A stretch of 52,841 nucleotides of DNA, from the IMG/VR virus record IMGVR_UViG_3300022188_000015, positions 1 through 52,841 of that record. The stretch is one strand, 5' to 3'. Numbering within the stretch: the first letter of the stretch is position 1; each line of letters starts with the position of its first letter. The notes beneath the pieces are model-generated. The model was not told where the DNA came from. It made no database searches and saw only the letters and a list, made by a program, of their open reading frames with translations. The position numbers and the translations under genes were made by a program. This DNA comes from a virus (taxonomy: Duplodnaviria; Caudoviricetes). Positions 9,328 to 16,956 of the stretch are shown piece after piece.

Positions 9328-10953
9328 TCATAACGTCATCCAGTTTTTCCTGGTGTGCCTAAAACAGCTAGGCAGCTTCCCATAGCTAATACCCTCTTCA
9401 GACGTGCCGATCTTCGTGGCTGCTAGCCAGGCATAGTTAGTGGCATGCCTAAAGTGGTCGTCACCCGTCCTCATGTACACGTATTTCACCACCTTGGTCT
9501 GCTTGTCGGTCTTCTCAGCTTTCACCAGATTGCACATATGTTCAATGTACTCTTCCAGTCTCTCGTTCAACCGAGGTAGTTCAAACCTACCCACTTCCTT
9601 CACAAGATTATGCGTCTCGTCGCATATCTCGGTACGATTCACGTACACTTCGTAATTGTGTTCATCCCAATGGCTAAAGCCGTGCGTGCTTTCTCGATAT
9701 TCGCATAGCCATGTAGGCCAATCGGCTTCTTGCCCCCATCGCCTGGCTTCCCTAGTCTCAGGGTATTTGTCCACGACGGCAGCTCGTACACCGAATTTTC
9801 GCCCTATGTCATGAGCCTCTTCGAACGTCTCAATAGCCCCGCACCATAGCAGCCTGAACTTGCCATCGCCTGGCTTATCAATAATGACCACATGCAGCCT
9901 CTTCCCAATGTCGATCCCCATTGCGCTAGGGCCTTTGGCGCTCAATCTCATTGGGTGGTGACTACACAGCCGGTACAGGTCAGACGGTTGAAGACCTTCT
10001 TTGGCGCCCAAGTACGGAATCCCTAGCTTGAGCCGGTAAAAGTTGGCAACGTCAAAGTCGCCGGATTCCCAGGTGTCAAGCAGGTCAGTCAAGTTGACCG
10101 TGCTCGCAATTAGGTGGCTCACCCAGTACCCACGGTATCTGTCACTCTCTCGTTGCTGCACCCATTCACCTTTGGCAGGATTGAGCGCTTTCCCACATTT
10201 CGTGCATGCCAGATATGCCTGGCCGTCCTTCCTGCGCTGTAAGCAATCAGGGAACGTCAGATCAGGCGCTATATACTTCCCGCAGCCCTCGCACCGTATG
10301 TGCCATACATGTTGGTCTGAGCGCTGCCATAGTGCGTCTATGCCGTAGTTAGGGATCGTAGGGTTCGCCAGGTACACTTCGTGTTTGTGTTCGCTATGCT
10401 GCATACGGCCCAAAGCTAACGGCTGCGCACCAGGATCCATCTCGTCCCATTCATCGAAGATGCACTGGTCTACCGGGATACTCTTCAGCTTCGAGCTTGT
10501 CTTTTCGCCTTCAACTTCCTGGCCTAGCCGGCCGCTACGGAAGTACAGGTAGCCGTGATTGACTCGTTTGAGATTCGCCCGGTTGGTATCCTGAACCCAT
10601 GATCCGATCAGCTCTGGATTGTCCTTGATTAACGGGTTGAAACGGCTCGTACTAAAGTCCGTTACATCGTCCCTGGTCGGAAAGAGATAGAGGATACCGA
10701 GTCGGTACATGCCGGTGATCAGTCTGTGCAGAGATCGCAATACGAAGACCTCGGTGATCCCTACCTGCGTCCCTTTCCGGACCACAATCCGAGGTGACTC
10801 GTCCCGCATGATACCCGCCTGGTACTCGTGGCCTCGAACTCTGAACGTACCAGCTACTAGCTGTATCCCGTTCAACGTGGCCCAGAGAAACGGGTCCACA
10901 GTGCAGACCATGGCTAGGTAATCGGGATCATGTTGTACAGATAGTTGTTGCAT
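9328..10953 (-). CDS. terL: Terminase large subunit, lambda GpA-like
   Basis: RKGTQVGITE (Walker A variant), IFDEWDEM (Walker B), ANPT, CxxC...CxxC, GIDIG nuclease motif, C-terminal DHFRHA. Confidence 0.9.
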   Translation of the reverse strand: MQQLSVQHDPDYLAMVCTVDPFLWATLNGIQLVAGTFRVRGHEYQAGIMRDESPRIVVRKGTQVGITEVFVLRSLHRLITGMYRLGILYLFPTRDDVTDFSTSRFNPLIKDNPELIGSWVQDTNRANLKRVNHGYLYFRSGRLGQEVEGEKTSSKLKSIPVDQCIFDEWDEMDPGAQPLALGRMQHSEHKHEVYLANPTIPNYGIDALWQRSDQHVWHIRCEGCGKYIAPDLTFPDCLQRRKDGQAYLACTKCGKALNPAKGEWVQQRESDRYRGYWVSHLIASTVNLTDLLDTWESGDFDVANFYRLKLGIPYLGAKEGLQPSDLYRLCSHHPMRLSAKGPSAMGIDIGKRLHVVIIDKPGDGKFRLLWCGAIETFEEAHDIGRKFGVRAAVVDKYPETREARRWGQEADWPTWLCEYRESTHGFSHWDEHNYEVYVNRTEICDETHNLVKEVGRFELPRLNERLEEYIEHMCNLVKAEKTDKQTKVVKYVYMRTGDDHFRHATNYAWLAATKIGTSEEGISYGKLPSCFRHTRKNWMTL

Positions 10954-10963
10954 CCTAAGACCG

Positions 10964-10992
10964 TTGACGAATCTTAACTTTTACGTTATAAT
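10964..10992 (+). promoter_or_regulatory. Sigma70 promoter of the antisense HTH cassette
   Basis: TTGACG-17 nt-TATAAT, then GGAGG RBS and ATG at 11025. Confidence 0.75.
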
Positions 10993-11024
10993 ACTCATAT
11001 TCCATCTTATCGGAGGTGTTTATC

Positions 11025-11339
11025 ATGAAAAAAAATACTAACATGCAAGATGTTATCTTGCCGTATGACCTTCTTGACAATGAATTTGCTCGCATTTCAG
11101 CCGCCGCCCGTGCTCTTTACATCAACATCAAATTCAGACAAGGTAACGATCCTAACCATATCCCATTTTCTTATACTGACTTGGTCTCACCAATGGCTAG
11201 ATCCACTTATTACCGAGCGCTCAAAGAACTATGCGATATTGGGCTCATCACTATTAAAGACCGAGGCAAATTCCCCAGAAAAAAGCACGTTCTCGCCATC
11301 ACCAAATACCAAGACCACGAATATCTGCAGGGCAAGTAA
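11025..11339 (+). CDS. Winged-HTH protein, paralog 1 (resembles a replication-initiator N-terminus)
   Basis: LPYDLL..ARISAAARALYINI...HIPFSYTDL..MARSTYYRALKELCDIGLI; aligns by eye with the next ORF. Confidence 0.7.
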   Translation: MKKNTNMQDVILPYDLLDNEFARISAAARALYINIKFRQGNDPNHIPFSYTDLVSPMARSTYYRALKELCDIGLITIKDRGKFPRKKHVLAITKYQDHEYLQGK

Positions 11340-11344
11340 ACATT

Positions 11345-11659
11345 ATGCCAAACAACCAGTTTGTCAGACTACCGTTTGACCTTTTGTACAACGAGTGGGG
11401 CCGCATATCCAATGCCGCTGCTAGGGTTTACGTTAGCATCCGAGCCATGCGGGGCCGCAAAGACTCAAGAGGTCATCCTCTATGTACATCCTGGGACCAT
11501 ATCCCTTTCGGGTACTCTGATATGCTAAGCCCCATATCCAAACCAACATTCGTCAAAGCCATCGAAGAACTGCGTAAAGCGCAACTTATTAAGTTAATAG
11601 AACCTGGTAAGTTCCCGAATAAAAAAGCAATTTACGCTCTGTGCAAGTATCGGAAATGA
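11345..11659 (+). CDS. Winged-HTH protein, paralog 2
   Basis: LPFDLL..RISNAAARVYVSI...HIPFGYSDM..ISKPTFVKAIEELRKAQLI..GKFP. Confidence 0.7.
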   Translation: MPNNQFVRLPFDLLYNEWGRISNAAARVYVSIRAMRGRKDSRGHPLCTSWDHIPFGYSDMLSPISKPTFVKAIEELRKAQLIKLIEPGKFPNKKAIYALCKYRK

Positions 11660-11683
11660 CCAGGTGGTCATTTTTGCGCCTTC

Positions 11684-11800
11684 ATAGTGCAAATTTTTTG
11701 TACTATTCTGCAGAATAGGTTAAATTTTTTGTACTATTCTGTAGTGCCATAGTATAAATTTTTTGTACTATTCTGCATCTGCTATCTATATATCTATATA
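11684..11800 (+). repeat. Three iteron-like direct repeats plus an AT tract
   Basis: AAATTTTTTGTACTATTCTG is identical at 11691, 11722 and 11756; followed by TATCTATATATCTATATA. Confidence 0.85.
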
Positions 11801-11818
11801 GTGCTACTGTTTTCACCC

Positions 11819-12202
11819 TCACTTTTCGCCCTCTCTCTCAGCCTCGATCACAGACCGTGCGATCTCTTCCGCTGCTTCCCTCAGCCTCGCCCTAGTCTCA
11901 TCATCCAGCTCATGGTAGTCCACTACGCCCATCCGTGCAGAGACTTCGTGTTTCGTAGCAGGGTAATGGCCCAGTAGCCGGTGAGCATCCTGCCGAGCTT
12001 TCTGCCGGATGTCCCATGCAGGTAATTTCTTCGAGTATACGATTTCACCTTTTTTAGGGTCGTAGTGGGTTTTGACTATCTTCGCGTTGAGTTCTTGTTT
12101 GAGTTTGCGGGCGAGGTATTCTTCGGTGATTCCGTAGGCTTCCAAGGCCTTTTCCATTGGCCTCAAAGCAGCATCAAGTATGTCGTCATTGGTCACTGGC
12201 AT
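11819..12202 (-). CDS. Probable terminase small subunit
   Basis: 127 aa helical protein (ITEEYLARKLKQELNA...IRQKA..LLGHYP...HEV) upstream of terL. Confidence 0.55.
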   Translation of the reverse strand: MPVTNDDILDAALRPMEKALEAYGITEEYLARKLKQELNAKIVKTHYDPKKGEIVYSKKLPAWDIRQKARQDAHRLLGHYPATKHEVSARMGVVDYHELDDETRARLREAAEEIARSVIEAEREGEK

Positions 12203-12227
12203 TGATATTTGTCTCTACCTCTAGCCA

Positions 12228-12437
12228 TTAAATTCTTTCCCCTTGTGCTGCTTTTTTTGCTGCCCATGCCCTGAGCAGCGAGGGGAAGGCGCAGACTCTC
12301 TTCTGTTTTGGGCAGCCAGTTAGGACATAAAAGATTACGCCAGCTTCTTGTAGCTCTTTACGCCGTCGGATCATTGACCGAGGCGAAAGACCGAACACTT
12401 TGGCTATGTTGTCCCATCCCTGAATTGCCTGTTCCAT
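12228..12437 (-). CDS. Small MerR/Xis/Nu1-like HTH protein, first gene of the late operon
   Basis: MEQAIQGWDNIAKVFGLSPRSMIRRRKEL; probably leaderless. Confidence 0.6.
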   Translation of the reverse strand: MEQAIQGWDNIAKVFGLSPRSMIRRRKELQEAGVIFYVLTGCPKQKRVCAFPSLLRAWAAKKAAQGERI

Positions 12438-12444
12438 ACCACAG

Positions 12445-12473
12445 AGTATTACCGCAACATATTGTATTGTCAA
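12445..12473 (-). promoter_or_regulatory. Late-operon sigma70 promoter (leaderless)
   Basis: Minus strand TTGACA-17 nt-AATACT, 7 nt before ATG 12437, no RBS. Confidence 0.6.
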
Positions 12474-12501
12474 GCATTTTTTTACACAAGATACGGGGTA
12501 G

Positions 12502-12594
12502 GTGGTTAAATCTAGCCAACTGCGTGATAACATACTGATATTATTACAAAAAGTTATTGGTTATATTTAGCCAATGTTGGTTAGATTTAGCCAA
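12502..12594. repeat. Three 18-bp imperfect palindromes TTGGTTA-N4-TAGCCAA
   Basis: Copies at 12502-12519, 12557-12574 and 12577-12594. Confidence 0.8.
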
Positions 12595-12702
12595 TGGGTG
12601 GGTATGGTGAGGTGTGAGAGGGATATGGTTAGAGAGGGAGGTAGGCACAAGATATTGTGGTGTAGTGGTGAGGGGATCGCAAAATACGGGATTTTGGGGT
12701 TT

Positions 12703-12719
12703 TTGGCATGGGGCGTGCA
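12703..12719 (+). promoter_or_regulatory. Putative sigma54 (-24/-12) promoter
   Basis: TTGGCATGGGGCGTGCA gives GG-N10-GC, about 38 nt upstream of ATG 12757. Confidence 0.5.
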
Positions 12720-12756
12720 GTATAAGAGGGTAAACGAAAACAGAAAGGAGGAGAAA

Positions 12757-13497
12757 ATGAAGACAAAAACCAAAACAGGATTAAAGGTTGAGCTCAAGGC
12801 TGTCAAAGGTCAAATCCGTGCGACCTTTGATCACCCCAAGGTGGGTCATCTATCTTTACCCGTCACCTGGGGAACATACAAGGGAAATGAGGGGCTAATA
12901 GGGATGACAAGGATCAACGGCAAAGAAACTCGTGTTGTTCTGACCATCCCAAAACCAGATTGGGATAGTTTTAAAAGCGGATTGCGAGAGCGAGTGACCA
13001 ACGCCCCCATCATCGGCGTCACCTATATCATGGGGTGTGACACCAGCGACACATACAGCATCAAATATGGCGGAATAGACGACATCCCACACAAGTACGT
13101 ATGGGAGCGAGAGGAAAAAGAGGTCAACCTCTTGAAAGAGTTCCTTCGACACCCACCAGAGGAAATATTCCTTCATGCCGAAAAAATACCCACTACGTTT
13201 GCCAGTTATGGCGGATGGAAGTGGGAAGGGAACGCTTTAACCGACCTACTGGAAGCTCTCAGAGTTTACCAGGAAAATGAGGCGTGGAAAAAATTGCAAG
13301 CTCAGGCGGAAAAAGAAAACCGCCTCAAAGATTTGCTACGAAAAGCCAAAGAAACTGGCGAACCGCAGATTATTAGCCGGCAGATCGCTGACTGCCAAAA
13401 TCCGGCTGAGACTGGATATGAGTGCAGTTTTGACGAGGTCGTCAAGTTAGCTATGCCTGACGGCACGATTAAAACAATTTCAAACCACTGCTATTAG
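12757..13497 (+). CDS. Hypothetical early protein
   Basis: AAGGAGGAG RBS; MKTKTKTGLK...; C-terminal C..CSFD...HCY. Confidence 0.75.
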   Translation: MKTKTKTGLKVELKAVKGQIRATFDHPKVGHLSLPVTWGTYKGNEGLIGMTRINGKETRVVLTIPKPDWDSFKSGLRERVTNAPIIGVTYIMGCDTSDTYSIKYGGIDDIPHKYVWEREEKEVNLLKEFLRHPPEEIFLHAEKIPTTFASYGGWKWEGNALTDLLEALRVYQENEAWKKLQAQAEKENRLKDLLRKAKETGEPQIISRQIADCQNPAETGYECSFDEVVKLAMPDGTIKTISNHCY

Positions 13498-13592
13498 GGC
13501 TAAGGCCCGGGCCGCATGGGGCGGCTGGTCGGGAGCTACACTGGCCCTGGAATCTCAAGCCGAGGCCCTGAAAGGGGCAAGGGAGGGAGAAA

Positions 13593-13958
13593 ATGACAAC
13601 ATTAGCCAAAGAATTTAAGAAGTGGTATAATGATCCAGATTTAGACAAATCTCCTGCTGATTTGTTCCACGAGTTTTGCCAAGTGAAGAAAATCAATCCT
13701 CGTGTCATTGAGGATTGCCCCGAAAGTGCAGACAGCTCCTGGAAGATCATATTCCCAGATGGGAGCTGGATGTACTTAGCCAACCCACATGAAGCATACT
13801 TTCACTCATTCGCTTTCTTCCATTCTTGTCCGGAGAACACAGACTGGTTAAAAACCAGACGCCGGATTGAGGACCGCTTACGAAAAGACGATCAGTTCCT
13901 TGAAGCGGTTGCAGAGATGTTCATCGAGGAGTTTGGCGGTAAGATAGCCACTAAATAA
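13593..13958 (+). CDS. Hypothetical protein
   Basis: GGAGGAG RBS; 121 aa with a C-terminal RRRIEDRLRKD motif. Confidence 0.7.
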   Translation: MTTLAKEFKKWYNDPDLDKSPADLFHEFCQVKKINPRVIEDCPESADSSWKIIFPDGSWMYLANPHEAYFHSFAFFHSCPENTDWLKTRRRIEDRLRKDDQFLEAVAEMFIEEFGGKIATK

Positions 13959-14019
13959 TTAACCCGCCACCGCACCGCCCCACGGCCCTCGGCGTGCCAG
14001 AGCGGCCAAGGGGCACAGC

Positions 14020-14060
14020 AAGGGCACATTTCCCAAACGGGAGGTGTGCCCTTTTATTTT
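14020..14060 (+). terminator. Rho-independent terminator
   Basis: AAGGGCACATTTCCC-aaac-GGGAGGTGTGCCCTT followed by TTATTTT. Confidence 0.65.
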
Positions 14061-14079
14061 GCGAAAGGAGGAATAAGTT

Positions 14080-14277
14080 ATGACACAAGCTAAAAGAGAC
14101 AGGTTAAGGAGATTGCAAGATAAATTCCTAGTCCATCCAAAGGTAGAAAAGTGGGTTAAAATTTATGGGCCTAATGAGCTTTTTGGCCCTAATACTCCTA
14201 GCTATGAAGATCTAAAGAATTATCTTTACCCCGAATATGAAGAGAGAATAAGGGCTTTTTTAGGTAAGGAGGACTAA
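14080..14277 (+). CDS. Hypothetical protein
   Basis: AAGGAGG RBS, 65 aa. Confidence 0.6.
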   Translation: MTQAKRDRLRRLQDKFLVHPKVEKWVKIYGPNELFGPNTPSYEDLKNYLYPEYEERIRAFLGKED

Positions 14278-14278
14278 A

Positions 14279-14464
14279 ATGGAAAAGAAACTAGAATCAA
14301 TAACCTGGAAAACATTCCGCCCCGACTCATTTCCTTGTATCGTCTGCGGGGAAGACGAGGCGGTGTACATCAGAATTGAAGACGATTTCCATTTGCCTGT
14401 CTGCCCCAGATGCGCACAGAGACCGTGGGGCGAAATCATAGAAGCGATAAAACTAAAACCTTAA
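14279..14464 (+). CDS. Small zinc-finger protein
   Basis: CIVC...CPRC; AGGAGG RBS. Confidence 0.6.
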   Translation: MEKKLESITWKTFRPDSFPCIVCGEDEAVYIRIEDDFHLPVCPRCAQRPWGEIIEAIKLKP

Positions 14465-14488
14465 ACCAACACTTCAACTTTAACCTAC

Positions 14489-14513
14489 AAGGGGCCGTAA
14501 AGGCCCCTTTTTT
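14489..14513. terminator. Terminator between converging blocks
   Basis: AAGGGGCC-gtaaa-GGCCCCTT followed by a T-run. Confidence 0.75.
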
Positions 14514-14534
14514 ACGTTGTGTGACCTACACGGA

Positions 14535-14867
14535 CTAAAATTCTTTCCACCAGCTAGGCACGCTAGTGTCCCCATCCTCTTCCGGAATGCACCTATCTAC
14601 CAGCGCCTTTGCCACCCCTTTCCACTGTTTAGGGTCAGGAATGTATTCCAGGGCTTTAAAAGTTTGTTCTCTGAGGCATGCCGGATCAATGCCTAATACC
14701 CAGCATATCCAGAGGTAAGAACCAAGATCCTGGTCCGCAGAGGTGAACCAGGCGTATGTGCCCTTAGGGATCGTTCCTGTCTTCCTCGTGCGCAGGTCTC
14801 TTACCGCCTGCACTAGCACCGCTCGCCATAGCCGCAGGTAAGGGCGTTGGTCTGCTTTGGTTGCCAT
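14535..14867 (-). CDS. Conserved phage hypothetical protein
   Basis: RLWRAVLVQAVRD...WF...GSYLWICWVLGIDP. Confidence 0.65.
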   Translation of the reverse strand: MATKADQRPYLRLWRAVLVQAVRDLRTRKTGTIPKGTYAWFTSADQDLGSYLWICWVLGIDPACLREQTFKALEYIPDPKQWKGVAKALVDRCIPEEDGDTSVPSWWKEF

Positions 14868-14965
14868 TATGACACCCTCTCTTTTTTCTGCCGTTTTAAA
14901 CGTCTGATTTTGGCGTGCTTGCTTTACCTCTTGTTTTTGTATTCATTTGCCTAAAAAATCGATTC

Positions 14966-15193
14966 TCATTTTTGAGGACCACGTTTTTCTCGGGGTTCAA
15001 GATTTTGCCGTACCCATTCACGGTCACGATATGGGCTATACTGATATAAGGGGCACGAATAACCCTTACAATCAATTCGCGATTCTTCCAAGCCATTGCA
15101 TTGATAGCACATAGCTAACATGGCCTCTTTTCGAGTTAAGCCTTTGCCTTTCTTAAACTTTGCATATTCTAGTTGTCCTTTTATTTGTCCCAT
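14966..15193 (-). CDS. Small Cys-rich (Zn-binding) protein
   Basis: AMCYQCNG...CKGYSCPLY; GGAGG RBS. Confidence 0.65.
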   Translation of the reverse strand: MGQIKGQLEYAKFKKGKGLTRKEAMLAMCYQCNGLEESRIDCKGYSCPLYQYSPYRDREWVRQNLEPREKRGPQK

Positions 15194-15195
15194 CT

Positions 15196-15618
15196 TTACC
15201 TCCTCTTAGGGTAAGCCCTAAACCACATTCTAGGCACTTCAATCGGCTCTCGCTGTTGCCATGTGTCACCGGGTGCATATTCATACACTCTAAACCACCA
15301 TCGCTTTTTCCTGGAATCCGAGGGGTCTTCTGTCTGGACTAGCTGCAACAGCAGGATCGTATCAGCCCCGCACCAGGGGTATTCCTCGAGTTTACGCCGT
15401 CGCCTTCGGGCAGCTTCGGCCCCGCCTGCTGTAACCTGAATCCAAACATAGGTTCCGTCTAGTTTCTTCCCGAGCACATCGCAACCAAAGAGGTCCTGGT
15501 ACTGCCATTTGGTACGCACAGCCCGAATGGTATGAATACATCCTTCGATCTCATGCGCATACCATTCAGCGGCTCGTTCTGCCTCTGCTCTTTTAGTTCT
15601 AGGATTTTGTTTTGGCAT
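15196..15618 (-). CDS. PD-(D/E)XK nuclease, Holliday junction resolvase-like
   Basis: E...QDLFGCDVLG...WIQVT motif. Confidence 0.6.
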   Translation of the reverse strand: MPKQNPRTKRAEAERAAEWYAHEIEGCIHTIRAVRTKWQYQDLFGCDVLGKKLDGTYVWIQVTAGGAEAARRRRRKLEEYPWCGADTILLLQLVQTEDPSDSRKKRWWFRVYEYAPGDTWQQREPIEVPRMWFRAYPKRR

Positions 15619-15621
15619 GGT

Positions 15622-15920
15622 AGCCGCGCACCCTCCTTGTGGGTTTCATGTGTTTGTTTGGCTCGCACCTTCCTAGTGGGTGTCACGTGTTTTTTGGCTC
15701 GCAACAATATATTGGGTTTCATAGTTTAATTGGCTCACATTTTAGTTATGGGTTGCACCTATAGCGTGGCTCGCATATACATTCTGGGCTTCAATTCGTT
15801 ATTTGGCTCGCACTCTCTTAATGGATTTCATTAATAAATTGGCTCGCATTTGTGATATGGGTTCCACCACTGTTCTGGCTCGCACATCTATCATGGGTTC
15901 CGTTTAACAAATGGCTCTCA
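15622..15920 (-). ncRNA. TIGR-type dual-repeat guide array, downstream copy (8 units, 36-37 nt period)
   Basis: On the plus strand TGGCTCGCA and TGGGTTTCA alternate, separated by unique 9-10-nt spacers; loop repeats at 15640, 15677, 15713, 15749, 15785, 15822, 15858, 15894. Confidence 0.9.
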
Positions 15921-16694
15921 CTGCCAAACTTCGTAAGGCACGCCTTTACCCTTCTTAAACCAATCTGCCCACAATGCCTCTTGTGGTGCAATATAATCCT
16001 GATGCCCGCCATGCTCAATCACCCAGGGCTTGGTTATCGGCAAGCCATCTAATTCCCGCCACCGCACCCACAGGTGGCTAAGGAATATCTTCACCGCATA
16101 GCGTCTAGCCATATTATGGATATGACCATCCGTATACATGTACACAGTCTTGCCTTTTTTTGTCTTGAGTGGCACTTTCTCAGGGTATTTTTCTTTGTAA
16201 TATAGCTTCTTTGAATCGTACAAGGCCCGATAAAAGCACCGCTCAGGCTTTTGTTTAATAAAGCTATCCCCGATCTTAAAACATGTCATCCTTAAAAACG
16301 GGTCCCAGTTGATTTTCTTGCCTCGCTCTCTTCGAGGCGCACGGCCATTGACAACGTGCATACCACAGTATTTCCAAAGACTGGATATATAACGAAACCG
16401 TCCTATATCCACTATCCCCGCGATAAGTGATCCTGCCAAGCAGGGGCCTATACCCTTGACTTTTTTAAAGAATTCTTCCCAAACAGGAATGCCCTTCAGT
16501 AACCCCTCAATCTCTTTCTTAGTTTTCTGCTCTACCTTGGACAACACTTCGTCCATCCAGAAATGCAATGCTTCTGCCTGCTCAGTGGTTAACCTGCCGT
16601 CTTTTACGTATGCTTTTATGCGTAATTGGGTTTGGATTCTTTGCTTTTGTAAAGAGTAATAAGTCTCTGTTTTTATTTTTAATTCCTCAATCAT
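15918..16694 (-). CDS. tasA: TIGR-associated Nop-domain protein (TasA-type, no nuclease domain)
   Basis: Coiled coil YYSLQKQRIQ, then IS110/Nop-like VKGIGPCLAGSLI..DIGRF..ISSLWKYCG and GHIHNMARRYAVKIFLSHLW; no RuvC or HNH; flanked by the arrays. Confidence 0.85.
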   Translation of the reverse strand: MIEELKIKTETYYSLQKQRIQTQLRIKAYVKDGRLTTEQAEALHFWMDEVLSKVEQKTKKEIEGLLKGIPVWEEFFKKVKGIGPCLAGSLIAGIVDIGRFRYISSLWKYCGMHVVNGRAPRRERGKKINWDPFLRMTCFKIGDSFIKQKPERCFYRALYDSKKLYYKEKYPEKVPLKTKKGKTVYMYTDGHIHNMARRYAVKIFLSHLWVRWRELDGLPITKPWVIEHGGHQDYIAPQEALWADWFKKGKGVPYEVWQ

Positions 16695-16715
16695 GCCTTC
16701 TCCTTTCTGCGCTAG

Positions 16716-16956
16716 AGGGTTACATGAATCGCTTGGCTCGCAAAAACAACGTGGTTTTCATCCTTTTCTTGGCTCGCATTTGGGGGCTGGTTTCCATTTC
16801 TCTCATGACTCGCACATATTTTTCTGGTGTCCACAGTGTCCTATGGCTCGCACTTGTGCGATGGTTTCCAGAGATAGTATGGCTCGCAACGTATCAGTGG
16901 TTTGCATTTTGCCCGTGGCTCGCAATTCACCATTGGGTTACAGGTATTAATTGGCT
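16716..16956 (-). ncRNA. TIGR-type dual-repeat guide array, upstream copy (7 units, the tasA-proximal one incomplete)
   Basis: Loop repeats at 16716, 16752, 16788, 16825, 16862, 16898, 16934 alternate with TGGCTCGCA; spacers 9-10 nt. Confidence 0.9.

Noticed and set aside
15612-15628. Second sigma54-like motif (TTGGCATGGTAGCCGC)
   Set aside because: It overlaps a minus-strand start codon, lacks the TGC -12 context and has no plus-strand gene downstream; probably chance
15918-16694. IS110/IS116 transposase or pseudogene
   Set aside because: No N-terminal DEDD RuvC domain or catalytic SG loop; intact ORF with RBS flanked by guide arrays, so a Tas protein
15622-16956. CRISPR array
   Set aside because: Two alternating 9-nt repeats with 9-10-nt spacers and no cas genes; this fits TIGR architecture, not CRISPR
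15622-16956. Self-targeting of TIGR spacers within this genome
   Set aside because: No match noticed by eye, but a bipartite 9+9 search cannot be done reliably without computation, so it is left unclaimed
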